This document shows positions 47,301 to 55,227 of a stretch of DNA of 64,000 nucleotides, piece after piece. The DNA is from Candidatus Ozemobacteraceae bacterium (GTDB lineage Bacteria; Muiribacteriota; Ozemobacteria; Ozemobacterales; Ozemobacteraceae): contig OZ223236.1 of NCBI GenBank assembly GCA_965140445.1, positions 832,001-896,000 of the forward strand. The letters run 5' to 3'. Position numbers and translations under genes: made by a program. Under the pieces are notes generated by a model. That model saw nothing but the letters and a program-made list of their open reading frames with translations. It ran no database searches and was not told the origin of the DNA. Each line of letters opens with the position of its first letter. Within the stretch, counting starts at the first letter, position 1.

Positions 47301-48257
47301 TTAAGCGCTTGTATCCAGGAAAGGAGCACTCAATCCTGTTGGATTAGTCGCTAATTCCGATTTGTTGTCGAGAATCTTTCCGCCAAACGGAGAAGATTCA
47401 AAAAACTTTTTCATCATTTGCTGCTGGAACTTTTGGGTGTAATCAAGAAATGTTTTCAAAAATTCTTTGTAGTCAGCAGGTTTCATTTTTACTGAAGGGT
47501 CCATGACCATTGAAATAAGATCTGAGTTTTCGGAGTCATTTCCATTTTCAGTAGCTATTGCTGAAGCATCTGCTGTTACAGCATCGTCAGAATCCGGGAG
47601 TTCAATTTGTTCTTCTGAGCCGCCCATTGCAGCTTCTCTTGTGGCTCCCACGTCGCTGATAAATGCTTTTGCCTGATTAGCCATTTGCTCCTGAATGGCA
47701 TCAAAGGTACCGCCAGCGTTCCCGTAAACGCTTTCCAATTTATTAAAAAAGTCTTCTGATTCCTGCAGGAAATTTTCTAATGATTCAGGGCTAAGATCTG
47801 CCAATCCTTCCACTGCATCAAAGAATTCTCCTGTTACTTCCGGATCGATGTTTAAACTTGCGTCAGTGCTTTTCATAAAAGAACCTACTGGATCTATTTT
47901 TAATGAAAAGTTCCCCATGAAAGTTTCAGAAACTGAGCTGCTCACTTCGTAAAATCGTTCAGCTCCCTTTTGCCCCATTTTTGCTTCAACCTTTTGAGAT
48001 AGTTCATAGAATAGGTCGAATTGGAACGAAATATTGAGTTTGGGGTCTTTAGAATTGCCGGTAGCATCAACTTCTTCTTCTGATGTTGTAACTTCCGGGG
48101 ATTTTTCGAATGTATCAACAGGCATTAACCCCTTTTTGTTTTCCAGCTCATAAGGTTTTTTTGAATCTAAAACCGAAGCTTGTTGGGGTTGATTGAATTT
48201 TAACTTTAAACTCTCAAGCAGTGACCTTCCCTGGTCCATGTTAAATTTGACGTCCAT
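47301..48257 (-). CDS. Acidic hypothetical protein
   Basis: 318-aa ORF with RBS AAGGAGG and an upstream sigma28-like element. Confidence 0.7.
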   Translation of the reverse strand: MDVKFNMDQGRSLLESLKLKFNQPQQASVLDSKKPYELENKKGLMPVDTFEKSPEVTTSEEEVDATGNSKDPKLNISFQFDLFYELSQKVEAKMGQKGAERFYEVSSSVSETFMGNFSLKIDPVGSFMKSTDASLNIDPEVTGEFFDAVEGLADLSPESLENFLQESEDFFNKLESVYGNAGGTFDAIQEQMANQAKAFISDVGATREAAMGGSEEQIELPDSDDAVTADASAIATENGNDSENSDLISMVMDPSVKMKPADYKEFLKTFLDYTQKFQQQMMKKFFESSPFGGKILDNKSELATNPTGLSAPFLDTSA

Positions 48258-48300
48258 TTTTGCCTCCTTGCATTATGGGACTTTTTGCTCTCTTTAATAC

Positions 48301-48327
48301 TCATCGACAAAATTGAGAGAAATTGTA
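48301..48327 (-). promoter_or_regulatory. Putative sigma28-type promoter (weaker match)
   Basis: TACA-N15-GTCGATGA. Confidence 0.5.
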
Positions 48328-48418
48328 ATGCTAAAAATAGGCAAAATACGACTCAAAACTGATTAATATTGCGTTTAAAACTTAAAAAACATAAAAAGAG
48401 TCTAAAAACCTTAAAAAA

Positions 48419-49666
48419 TCAAAGCTTTTCTAACTCTTTACTCTCTTCGTTGTTGGGGTTTTCTTCTGTTTTTTTCTTTTTTAATTCTAGCTTTTTGGCT
48501 ATTTCAGAGGCTTTATCCAATTTTCCAGGTGAGGAAAACAACTCGGAGATAAACGTTTTGAAAGTTGTATATTTATTTTCATTTACTTTGAGAGAGTTAA
48601 GAATTTCTGGTGAATTTATCAGATTCAGAGCTTCAATAATTGAATTTCTTATTTGTATGCTCTCTTCTTTTGTTTCCAACTCTATATTTAATTTTTGTTT
48701 TTCCTTTGTGGAGTTATGTATGTGGAATCGGTTTAGTTCTGTTGAATTAGATTTTTTAATTAAATCTTCGTAGTAGCTTTTATCTATTTTGTTGAGTTTT
48801 GCTATGAGGTGGTCAAGCCCTTTTAAATGAGTATTAATTTGTCTTAGGGATATTCCGAGCTCTATTCTGGATTTTGCATAAAATTTTCCAGCTTCAGCAA
48901 GCATTAATCTGTTTGTGGGAGAGGATAGAAGATAATTGATTTGTTCTAACTGAATTAATGCTGTATCAATCTGAATATCAACTTTTCTTAACAGTTGAGT
49001 TAATCTTTTATTTTCTTTGAGCAGAACTCTTGTAGTTCTGGATGCCTGCTTGAAAACAGGGCCAGATAAGCTTCTTTTTTCATTGTATACAAAGTGAGAA
49101 ATGGCTTTTTCAAGATTGGCAGTTTTTTTTAACAGATTAGCTATCTGCAATTTTGTTAGTTTAGAAAATGTTTTTAATAGAGCGTGGTCGGGTAAAGAGG
49201 ATGTTTTTTTATCCTGAAGAGATCTAAGAAAACCGGTTTCGTTCTCGTGCTGATGGATCAGGTTGTTTAGAGCAAAACAAACTTGATAAAAAGAAACAGG
49301 GATTATGAACTGATCCGAAAGGGCATTAAATAAAATTTTAGTGGATTCTTTGTGGCAATCCAGAAGTTTTTGAAGCTCATAAGGAGTGATTTGCTTTTCT
49401 TTGCATATTGCTATCGTTAAGGTTAAAAGTTCTGAGGTGTTTGAAGCCAGATCCTTTTTAAATTCGATTAGCTTGACTAAGGTTTCAAGCTTTTTGCCAG
49501 TTATTGGACTAATGGGGGCTAATCTTTCTAATGCTGGTTCAAAGGCTTTGGCTGCATCTTTTTTTATTCTTTTCTTTTCAGAATCCTCTTTTGAAAAAGA
49601 AGTGTTAGTTATTAATAAAGAAAAAACCACTATTAAAGCGGCGTTGAATAAGCAATTGTTCTTCAT
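48419..49666 (-). CDS. Secreted alpha-helical hypothetical protein
   Basis: 415-aa ORF with signal peptide ending SFS. Confidence 0.65.
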   Translation of the reverse strand: MKNNCLFNAALIVVFSLLITNTSFSKEDSEKKRIKKDAAKAFEPALERLAPISPITGKKLETLVKLIEFKKDLASNTSELLTLTIAICKEKQITPYELQKLLDCHKESTKILFNALSDQFIIPVSFYQVCFALNNLIHQHENETGFLRSLQDKKTSSLPDHALLKTFSKLTKLQIANLLKKTANLEKAISHFVYNEKRSLSGPVFKQASRTTRVLLKENKRLTQLLRKVDIQIDTALIQLEQINYLLSSPTNRLMLAEAGKFYAKSRIELGISLRQINTHLKGLDHLIAKLNKIDKSYYEDLIKKSNSTELNRFHIHNSTKEKQKLNIELETKEESIQIRNSIIEALNLINSPEILNSLKVNENKYTTFKTFISELFSSPGKLDKASEIAKKLELKKKKTEENPNNEESKELEKL

Positions 49667-49803
49667 ATAAAAAATCCCCGTTGATCTTTCTTAGATAGAG
49701 TCATTTCAGACAATACCATAAGGAATCTCTTCGGGGAAGTTTTAAGTCACCTGTCAGGCGACTTTGAGTAATGAGTATAGAGTAATAAGTAGTAATTTAA
49801 CTT

Positions 49804-50343
49804 TTAGAAGGAATCTCCTATTTTTCCGCCTTTATACTTCTTTTGAAAAGTCAGAGGAGGGAAAGCTACCTGTGCAGCGCCTTGAATAGAATTCATATTT
49901 CCATACCAGGTATAGGTTCTGGTGATAGGGTTGAGAGATGCATACATTTCTGCTTTGCCATCCCCGTCAGCATCAACATAAATTTTGTCAGAAACTCCGT
50001 CATGATCAATGTCGTATTCCCATTGATCTATTCGTCCATCAAGATTTCTGTCATACTGATAGTCATCAATGCGTCCGTCAAAATTGCGATCGGTCGCCCA
50101 GTAGTCGCCCTTTCCATCTCCGTTTCTGTCAGCAATAATAAGATCAATTCTTCCGTCAGCATTTCTGTCGAATTGTCCGTTTGTTTTTGCCTTTGCAGAA
50201 AAGCTATAGGCCATGTCGGGGTTCATAGATTCTTGAGAGAGGGTTTCCCACTCTTTTAGATCGTCTCCCATAGCATGAGCCGCAATTACAGCTGTTGCGC
50301 AGAATGTTAAGAGCAGGAATAAAAGTTGTTTTGAACAATGCAT
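49804..50343 (-). CDS. Secreted protein with six Dx[DN]xDG calcium-binding-type repeats
   Basis: DRNADG, DRNGDG, DRNFDG, DRNLDG, DIDHDG, DADGDG at 13-aa spacing; RBS GGAGG. Confidence 0.75.
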   Translation of the reverse strand: MHCSKQLLFLLLTFCATAVIAAHAMGDDLKEWETLSQESMNPDMAYSFSAKAKTNGQFDRNADGRIDLIIADRNGDGKGDYWATDRNFDGRIDDYQYDRNLDGRIDQWEYDIDHDGVSDKIYVDADGDGKAEMYASLNPITRTYTWYGNMNSIQGAAQVAFPPLTFQKKYKGGKIGDSF

Positions 50344-50409
50344 ACCTGACCTCCGTGTGCAAGCATAAATAGAAGGAGTATCAAGATTGCAGGTTTTTGC
50401 AAGGACTTT

Positions 50410-52632
50410 TTAAAAAATTTGAATATAGAAAAAAGTTGCGATAGTTAGAATATTAAAGACAACGCTTAAAAACAGGGATCTACTTTTATAAAAAACAATG
50501 GTTGAGGCAAAGCCTGTAAACAGCCCGAAAATCATGAATGGGGCAGGGAATGCAAAAACAGATAAGAGAGCACATAGCAACATGTTAAGAACGACATTGC
50601 TACCCATTTCCAAACGCTTTTGCAGCCAGCAACGTTTGATGATTACATCATAGATTAACAATGAAAGGAAAATGCTTGAAAATACCAGGATTGCTGATAG
50701 GGTGTCGCTTGCCCCAAGTTCTATGATAGGGCGGAGCAAGTTGGCGAATGCATCAATCGTTGCTTCTGATTTTTCCACCAGTTGATTAGAGAATTTTGCT
50801 ATTAAAATGCATGAGAAAATAGTTAGAGCCGAGTAGGCTGTTAAGTCGTTATTTGATGGCCAGTGTTTGGGGAAAAGGCTGTTGAATAAGCCTTTTCGAT
50901 TGGTCATGAAAGCTAGAAAATAAATGCTACCTGTTGGAATGAAGATCAGGCTGGCGATAAACCAGTGCCATAGTCCTGTGTCAACAAAGGGAGCAACTGA
51001 GATAAAAAAGTGTTTTATGGAAAACTGAAGTCCAATAAAGCAGCTAAGTAAAAGAATTGTGGGGAGATTGCTGGTGTCATTTTTTAAAAAGTTTTCTTTA
51101 TCCAGTCTGAAGAAGAGATCTCTCTGGGCAATCATTTGAAGTGTTGAGCCAATAAGTATAAAGATACACAGTGAGGCTAAAGAGGAATATGACAGATCTT
51201 TTATTGGAATGGCGATTAGCATGCAGGCCATTGCTGCTGCTTTTCCGAGAAGACTGGACTTCTGTTGAAGAATTTTTGATTCAAAACGGGCAAATATTGT
51301 AGACAAGCTAATGCTTACCCAAACACAGCAGATTACAAATATGAATGAATTAAGGCCCGCCTTTAAAGAAGCTTCCCAGTTAAAGTTTAAGAATCGCATG
51401 GCGAAAATCGTTGCTGGTACAAAAATGCTTTGGGCAATTAGAAACCAGAAAAAAAACTTTTTCTTGAGAAACTCGGCTGAGGAAATTGGCAGGGTTTCGA
51501 TAAAGCTTATCGCCTTTCCTTCAGAACCAGTTGAATTCATAGGACCAAACATGCAGAAGTAAATGATTGAGCCGAACAAGATGTTTAGCACATTGGTAAA
51601 GACATTTAGATTGAAAACATCTTTAAGAAAATAGATTTCAAGAATTATAATTGAAATCGGCATCATGACTGCGTTTACTAATAGGTTAAGGTCGCTTTTC
51701 ATGAGTAGAACTTCTTTTTGGAAGAATCCGGAGAACCATCTTGATTTCCTTTTTGTAGTTCTCCTTGAAGCAGACTGGCTAAATGTCAGCCAATTCTGCT
51801 TAATTGCCATGGCGAACAAAACTGATCCAAAAATCATTAATGAAGCCCATGCGCTGGACCAATACAGGAAACTGCGATTGAAAGAGACGCTTATTAAAGC
51901 GTCTGCCAGGTAGCTGAATGGCTTAATTAAAATCACAATTGGATTTTTTGATTGATCCAGATTTTGCAGTAGCCAGCTAAAGCTTTTTACTGGAAAGTTT
52001 GAGAAGATGAAATATGGCACCAGGGTTATGAAACCACTGATATATGCAAGAATAGAGAAAAAGTTGTTAATAGCTGTAGTTCGAAAAAATCTTTTGAGAA
52101 CTATTAATAGCAGGTTAATGAATAGCCCGGAAACTAAGCTTATTTGAGCAAAAGCTACGGCGGACAGGATAATTCCGTATACGCTGAAACCATCCCGTAG
52201 AGTAAGTCCAATAAATCCGCTGAATAGAATCAGGAATCCCAGGTAGTCCGTCAGCAGCCTTTCAACAAGTTTAACGAAAATAAGGCTTGAAGAGGGGATA
52301 GGGAGGGAGTTTAAATAGGCAAAGTCTGTGCTTATCTGTCCGGTATTGAGACTGTGACCTGTTAACAGATCTCCAGTAAAGACAATTGATGTGAAATAAA
52401 TCAGCACCATGGCAACCAGCCAATTGAAAACATCTTCGCCAAAGGGCATTCTTCTGAGGCCTGAAATCATGTCTGAAGAGGCCATGGAGATAATCCAGCT
52501 AATAGCCAGAATTCCTGAAATCACTAAAACCAGCTTGCCGAAACTGCCCCAATTTAATAGAGAGTTTTTCAGGAGTCTAAGTTTAAGCTTTAATAAAGCC
52601 TGGGTGCTTGTCAGAAATCCAGGTGTTTCCAT
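50410..52632 (-). CDS. Polytopic membrane protein, putative ABC exporter permease with degenerate CPBP/Abi-like C-terminus
   Basis: Two permease-like halves (DFAYLNSLPIP..L.FVK; EGKAI.FIETLPIS....L.KK) plus extra C-terminal TM helices. Confidence 0.6.
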   Translation of the reverse strand: METPGFLTSTQALLKLKLRLLKNSLLNWGSFGKLVLVISGILAISWIISMASSDMISGLRRMPFGEDVFNWLVAMVLIYFTSIVFTGDLLTGHSLNTGQISTDFAYLNSLPIPSSSLIFVKLVERLLTDYLGFLILFSGFIGLTLRDGFSVYGIILSAVAFAQISLVSGLFINLLLIVLKRFFRTTAINNFFSILAYISGFITLVPYFIFSNFPVKSFSWLLQNLDQSKNPIVILIKPFSYLADALISVSFNRSFLYWSSAWASLMIFGSVLFAMAIKQNWLTFSQSASRRTTKRKSRWFSGFFQKEVLLMKSDLNLLVNAVMMPISIIILEIYFLKDVFNLNVFTNVLNILFGSIIYFCMFGPMNSTGSEGKAISFIETLPISSAEFLKKKFFFWFLIAQSIFVPATIFAMRFLNFNWEASLKAGLNSFIFVICCVWVSISLSTIFARFESKILQQKSSLLGKAAAMACMLIAIPIKDLSYSSLASLCIFILIGSTLQMIAQRDLFFRLDKENFLKNDTSNLPTILLLSCFIGLQFSIKHFFISVAPFVDTGLWHWFIASLIFIPTGSIYFLAFMTNRKGLFNSLFPKHWPSNNDLTAYSALTIFSCILIAKFSNQLVEKSEATIDAFANLLRPIIELGASDTLSAILVFSSIFLSLLIYDVIIKRCWLQKRLEMGSNVVLNMLLCALLSVFAFPAPFMIFGLFTGFASTIVFYKSRSLFLSVVFNILTIATFFYIQIF

Positions 52633-52645
52633 GGTTTATCCGAAG

Positions 52646-53485
52646 TTAATAGTTTTTACCGTAACGTTCTTCAAGGTAGTATGCTTCTTTTTCCATGGGT
52701 ATGTCAAAGTCTTTGCTTTTGCCATACATGTCAGCCCAAGTACATTGTAATCCCCAATTTACACTCCAGCCAGTATCATCGACCCAGCCATCTCCAATTT
52801 GTTCTCCAATTTCTGGAAACAGTTGACTAACAGATGGCGACATGAATGCTTCACGTCGATATTGAAAAGTGTGAACTAATTCATGCCCCGCATGAGCGCC
52901 AGACATATTTGTTGTAAAAGTATTGGCATTACTATAAGCAAGCGCACCGGAACTGTTAATGGTTCCGTCGTAATTTGCGGGTCGTTTGAAAGCCATTGTT
53001 CCATACTTAAATGAGTTTCCCCAGTCAATTTTTGAGCCTTCAAAAATATGAATTACGGGCGCTATGGATGAGTTAATTCCTGGTTTGAATTCGAATCCTT
53101 CTTTGTCTGCGAGAAACCAGAATGGCCCAATATCCATGCGAAATTTAAACTCTTCGCCTGCAGATTCTGCAAGTGATGCGCCTAGATTTACCATTATTTT
53201 GGAGCGCCAGGCCTTCCATGCCGGAGCTTTTTCATTATTTGGAGCTAAGACAAAACCCTGTTGCATTATGTAGCCACCAAAAAGTGCCTGCAATACAGCT
53301 TTGCCTATATTTGTTCCGCGTCTGTGGGCCCTTATTCCAGCTTGAATAGCAGGAATTCCCATGTTGATCAGTGCCACTTCCTTCTCACCAAATGCTGAAA
53401 CATGACATAGAGGAGCACTAATGGCCAGACTAAAAATGCAGACAGCAATAGTTAGAAGGTATTTTTTTGTTTGTTTTATGGGCAA
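52646..53485 (-). CDS. Secreted putative zinc metallopeptidase (HExxH)
   Basis: Signal peptide; GHELVHTFQY plus downstream EKEAY. Confidence 0.55.
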   Translation of the reverse strand: MPIKQTKKYLLTIAVCIFSLAISAPLCHVSAFGEKEVALINMGIPAIQAGIRAHRRGTNIGKAVLQALFGGYIMQQGFVLAPNNEKAPAWKAWRSKIMVNLGASLAESAGEEFKFRMDIGPFWFLADKEGFEFKPGINSSIAPVIHIFEGSKIDWGNSFKYGTMAFKRPANYDGTINSSGALAYSNANTFTTNMSGAHAGHELVHTFQYRREAFMSPSVSQLFPEIGEQIGDGWVDDTGWSVNWGLQCTWADMYGKSKDFDIPMEKEAYYLEERYGKNY

Positions 53486-53516
53486 ATAATACGTCCAGAT
53501 TAGTAATTTCGTTTTA

Positions 53517-53543
53517 CCATCGGACGATGATTTAAAAAATTTA
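53517..53543 (-). promoter_or_regulatory. Putative sigma28-type promoter
   Basis: TAAA-N15-TCCGATGG. Confidence 0.55.
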
Positions 53544-53559
53544 ACTAATGAAAAAAAAC

Positions 53560-54705
53560 TTATTCAGTTTGAAGTAAAACGACTGCTTTGCCTTTCCAGA
53601 TAATGTCTTTTTTATTAGGGATATAGTCCAATTTTATGGAAACTACTCTGAACTTATGAGAATAAGGGGACAATTTTCTGAAAAAGTCGTTCAAGTTTTT
53701 ATAAGTTCTTACAGAAAAGTCGTATGTGCATTCGAGTTTCTTGTTTTCAAGATCTCTTTCTGCCGTATTGCTGATTGCCATGTCTGTTTCTTCACTAACG
53801 ATTTTTATGTAGTCTCTATAGCCTGCAACTGGCCTGAAATTTTGATTTAAAATTGGAAGGTCCCTTACTTCAAATTTCAGGTTAATAGATTTTTTGTCAT
53901 CGGCCAGTTTGCTGTCTTTTACATCAAACTGGGTGACCTTCTTTATGGTGGAGGTTAGAAGTGATTCATCTATTGGTTCTGAAGATTTTATGATGAGTGG
54001 TACCCACACTGAGGTTCCTTCGCTGATAAATTCTTCTGTGGAAATGTTTGTAAATGGTTCACTAAACTTTTCCTGCAAAATCCTTTCTATCAAATCGCTG
54101 GCCATTTCACATGCAGATACGGGCATAGGTCTGTATATTCCATATACCGCCATCAATATTTTTGGCCTGGGACTAACCGACTCGAGTTTTTTTACAAAAG
54201 CTTGAATCTTAGGATTTTTTGGGTCTTTTTCTTCGGCAATAATTATATTTAGCCAGGCTGTTTTGTAGTCATTCTTCCTTGCTGAAATAACTGCGCGCAT
54301 GAACCTGGCACCGGAATGATCCGGTTGAACATCAAAAACCTTATCCAAATAGGTTTGTGCTTTATCGTAGTTTTTCTTTCTGAAATTTCGGTTTGCGTTA
54401 ATCATTTGTCCCTGGCAATGTCTAATATTTTCTTTGGTGAGAGGGCGCTTCATCATTTCCAGATCACGTTTTTCAGGGGCTTTTTGAATTAGATCGCCGA
54501 GAGCTGAATTTTGAGGATTATTGGAGCCATTTGCAAAATTGCCGGTGTAGTTATTTCCGGTATATTTGCGTGCCTTTTCTTCCAGCTCCTTAAGGTTTAG
54601 TTTTCCTGCATAAATTGAATTGCTTAAAAAAATAATCTGAAAAATTAAGATTATTGATGTGGCAACAACGCTTTTGTTTCTTATGCGTAGACTAGACATA
54701 TTCAT
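53560..54705 (-). CDS. Secreted TPR protein with PilO-like C-terminal domain
   Basis: Signal peptide; TPRs (QPDHSGARFMRA, DPKNP); C-terminal TYKNLNDFFRKL....FRVVSIKL; RBS AGGAG. Confidence 0.55.
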   Translation of the reverse strand: MNMSSLRIRNKSVVATSIILIFQIIFLSNSIYAGKLNLKELEEKARKYTGNNYTGNFANGSNNPQNSALGDLIQKAPEKRDLEMMKRPLTKENIRHCQGQMINANRNFRKKNYDKAQTYLDKVFDVQPDHSGARFMRAVISARKNDYKTAWLNIIIAEEKDPKNPKIQAFVKKLESVSPRPKILMAVYGIYRPMPVSACEMASDLIERILQEKFSEPFTNISTEEFISEGTSVWVPLIIKSSEPIDESLLTSTIKKVTQFDVKDSKLADDKKSINLKFEVRDLPILNQNFRPVAGYRDYIKIVSEETDMAISNTAERDLENKKLECTYDFSVRTYKNLNDFFRKLSPYSHKFRVVSIKLDYIPNKKDIIWKGKAVVLLQTE

Positions 54706-54724
54706 AACCGCTCCTATACAAGCA

Positions 54725-54748
54725 AACGGATGGAAGCTCGATTGGATT
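54725..54748 (-). promoter_or_regulatory. Putative ECF-sigma promoter AATCC-N15-CGTT
   Basis: TAAATCC-N15-CGTT about 20 nt upstream of ATG 54705. Confidence 0.55.
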
Positions 54749-54759
54749 TAACTTTATTT

Positions 54760-55119
54760 TTAGTCGGCCAATTCAGCGATGGCATTTACGGCTTCTTCTT
54801 CTGTTGGGAAGGTTTCGCAAAGTGTCAGAACGCCTGTCATCTGCAGAGCAGTCTGAGTTAGTTTTGTTAAACCTGTAATTGCAACTTCACCGTCGTTATA
54901 GTCAATGATTTGAACCATCGTATCTAGAAGGGTAGATAAGCCGGTACTGTTTATGACCGGAGTTTGAGCAAGGTTAATAACAAAGTAAAGTTGACCTTTA
55001 TCAATGTATTCGGCGCATTTATCTTTAAAAATGGTGCCACCTTTGTCGTCAAGATAACCAGTTGTCCTGACGACCAAAACTTTTCCAGATTGTGCAAATT
55101 CAATGTTAAAGTCTGACAT
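54760..55119 (-). CDS. STAS-domain anti-sigma factor antagonist (RsbV/SpoIIAA-like)
   Basis: GYLD, VINL...VINSTGL (phosphorylatable Ser position), TGV...F.TEEEA; start ATG 55119. Confidence 0.88.
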   Translation of the reverse strand: MSDFNIEFAQSGKVLVVRTTGYLDDKGGTIFKDKCAEYIDKGQLYFVINLAQTPVINSTGLSTLLDTMVQIIDYNDGEVAITGLTKLTQTALQMTGVLTLCETFPTEEEAVNAIAELAD

Positions 55120-55125
55120 AATCTG

Positions 55126-55155
55126 ATAATAGGGGTTAGAGCCAATTTCTGTCAA
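55126..55155 (-). promoter_or_regulatory. Sigma70 promoter, leaderless geometry
   Basis: TTGACA-N18-TATTAT-N6-ATG with no Shine-Dalgarno. Confidence 0.7.
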
Positions 55156-55183
55156 GCAAATTATGATTTTGGGAAATAGAAAA

Positions 55184-55214
55184 GCCCCGCGCTCCAGTTA
55201 TGAAGTGCGGGGCC
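55184..55214 (-). terminator. Intrinsic terminator after the 2114-aa gene
   Basis: GCCCCGC / GCGGGGC stem followed by TTTTCT on the minus strand. Confidence 0.7.
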
Positions 55215-55227
55215 AATTTAGCTTAGA

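Noticed and set aside
48369..48773. Plus-strand 134-aa ORF and similar short ORFs nested antisense to long genes
   Set aside because: Shadow ORFs lacking RBS or recognisable motifs.
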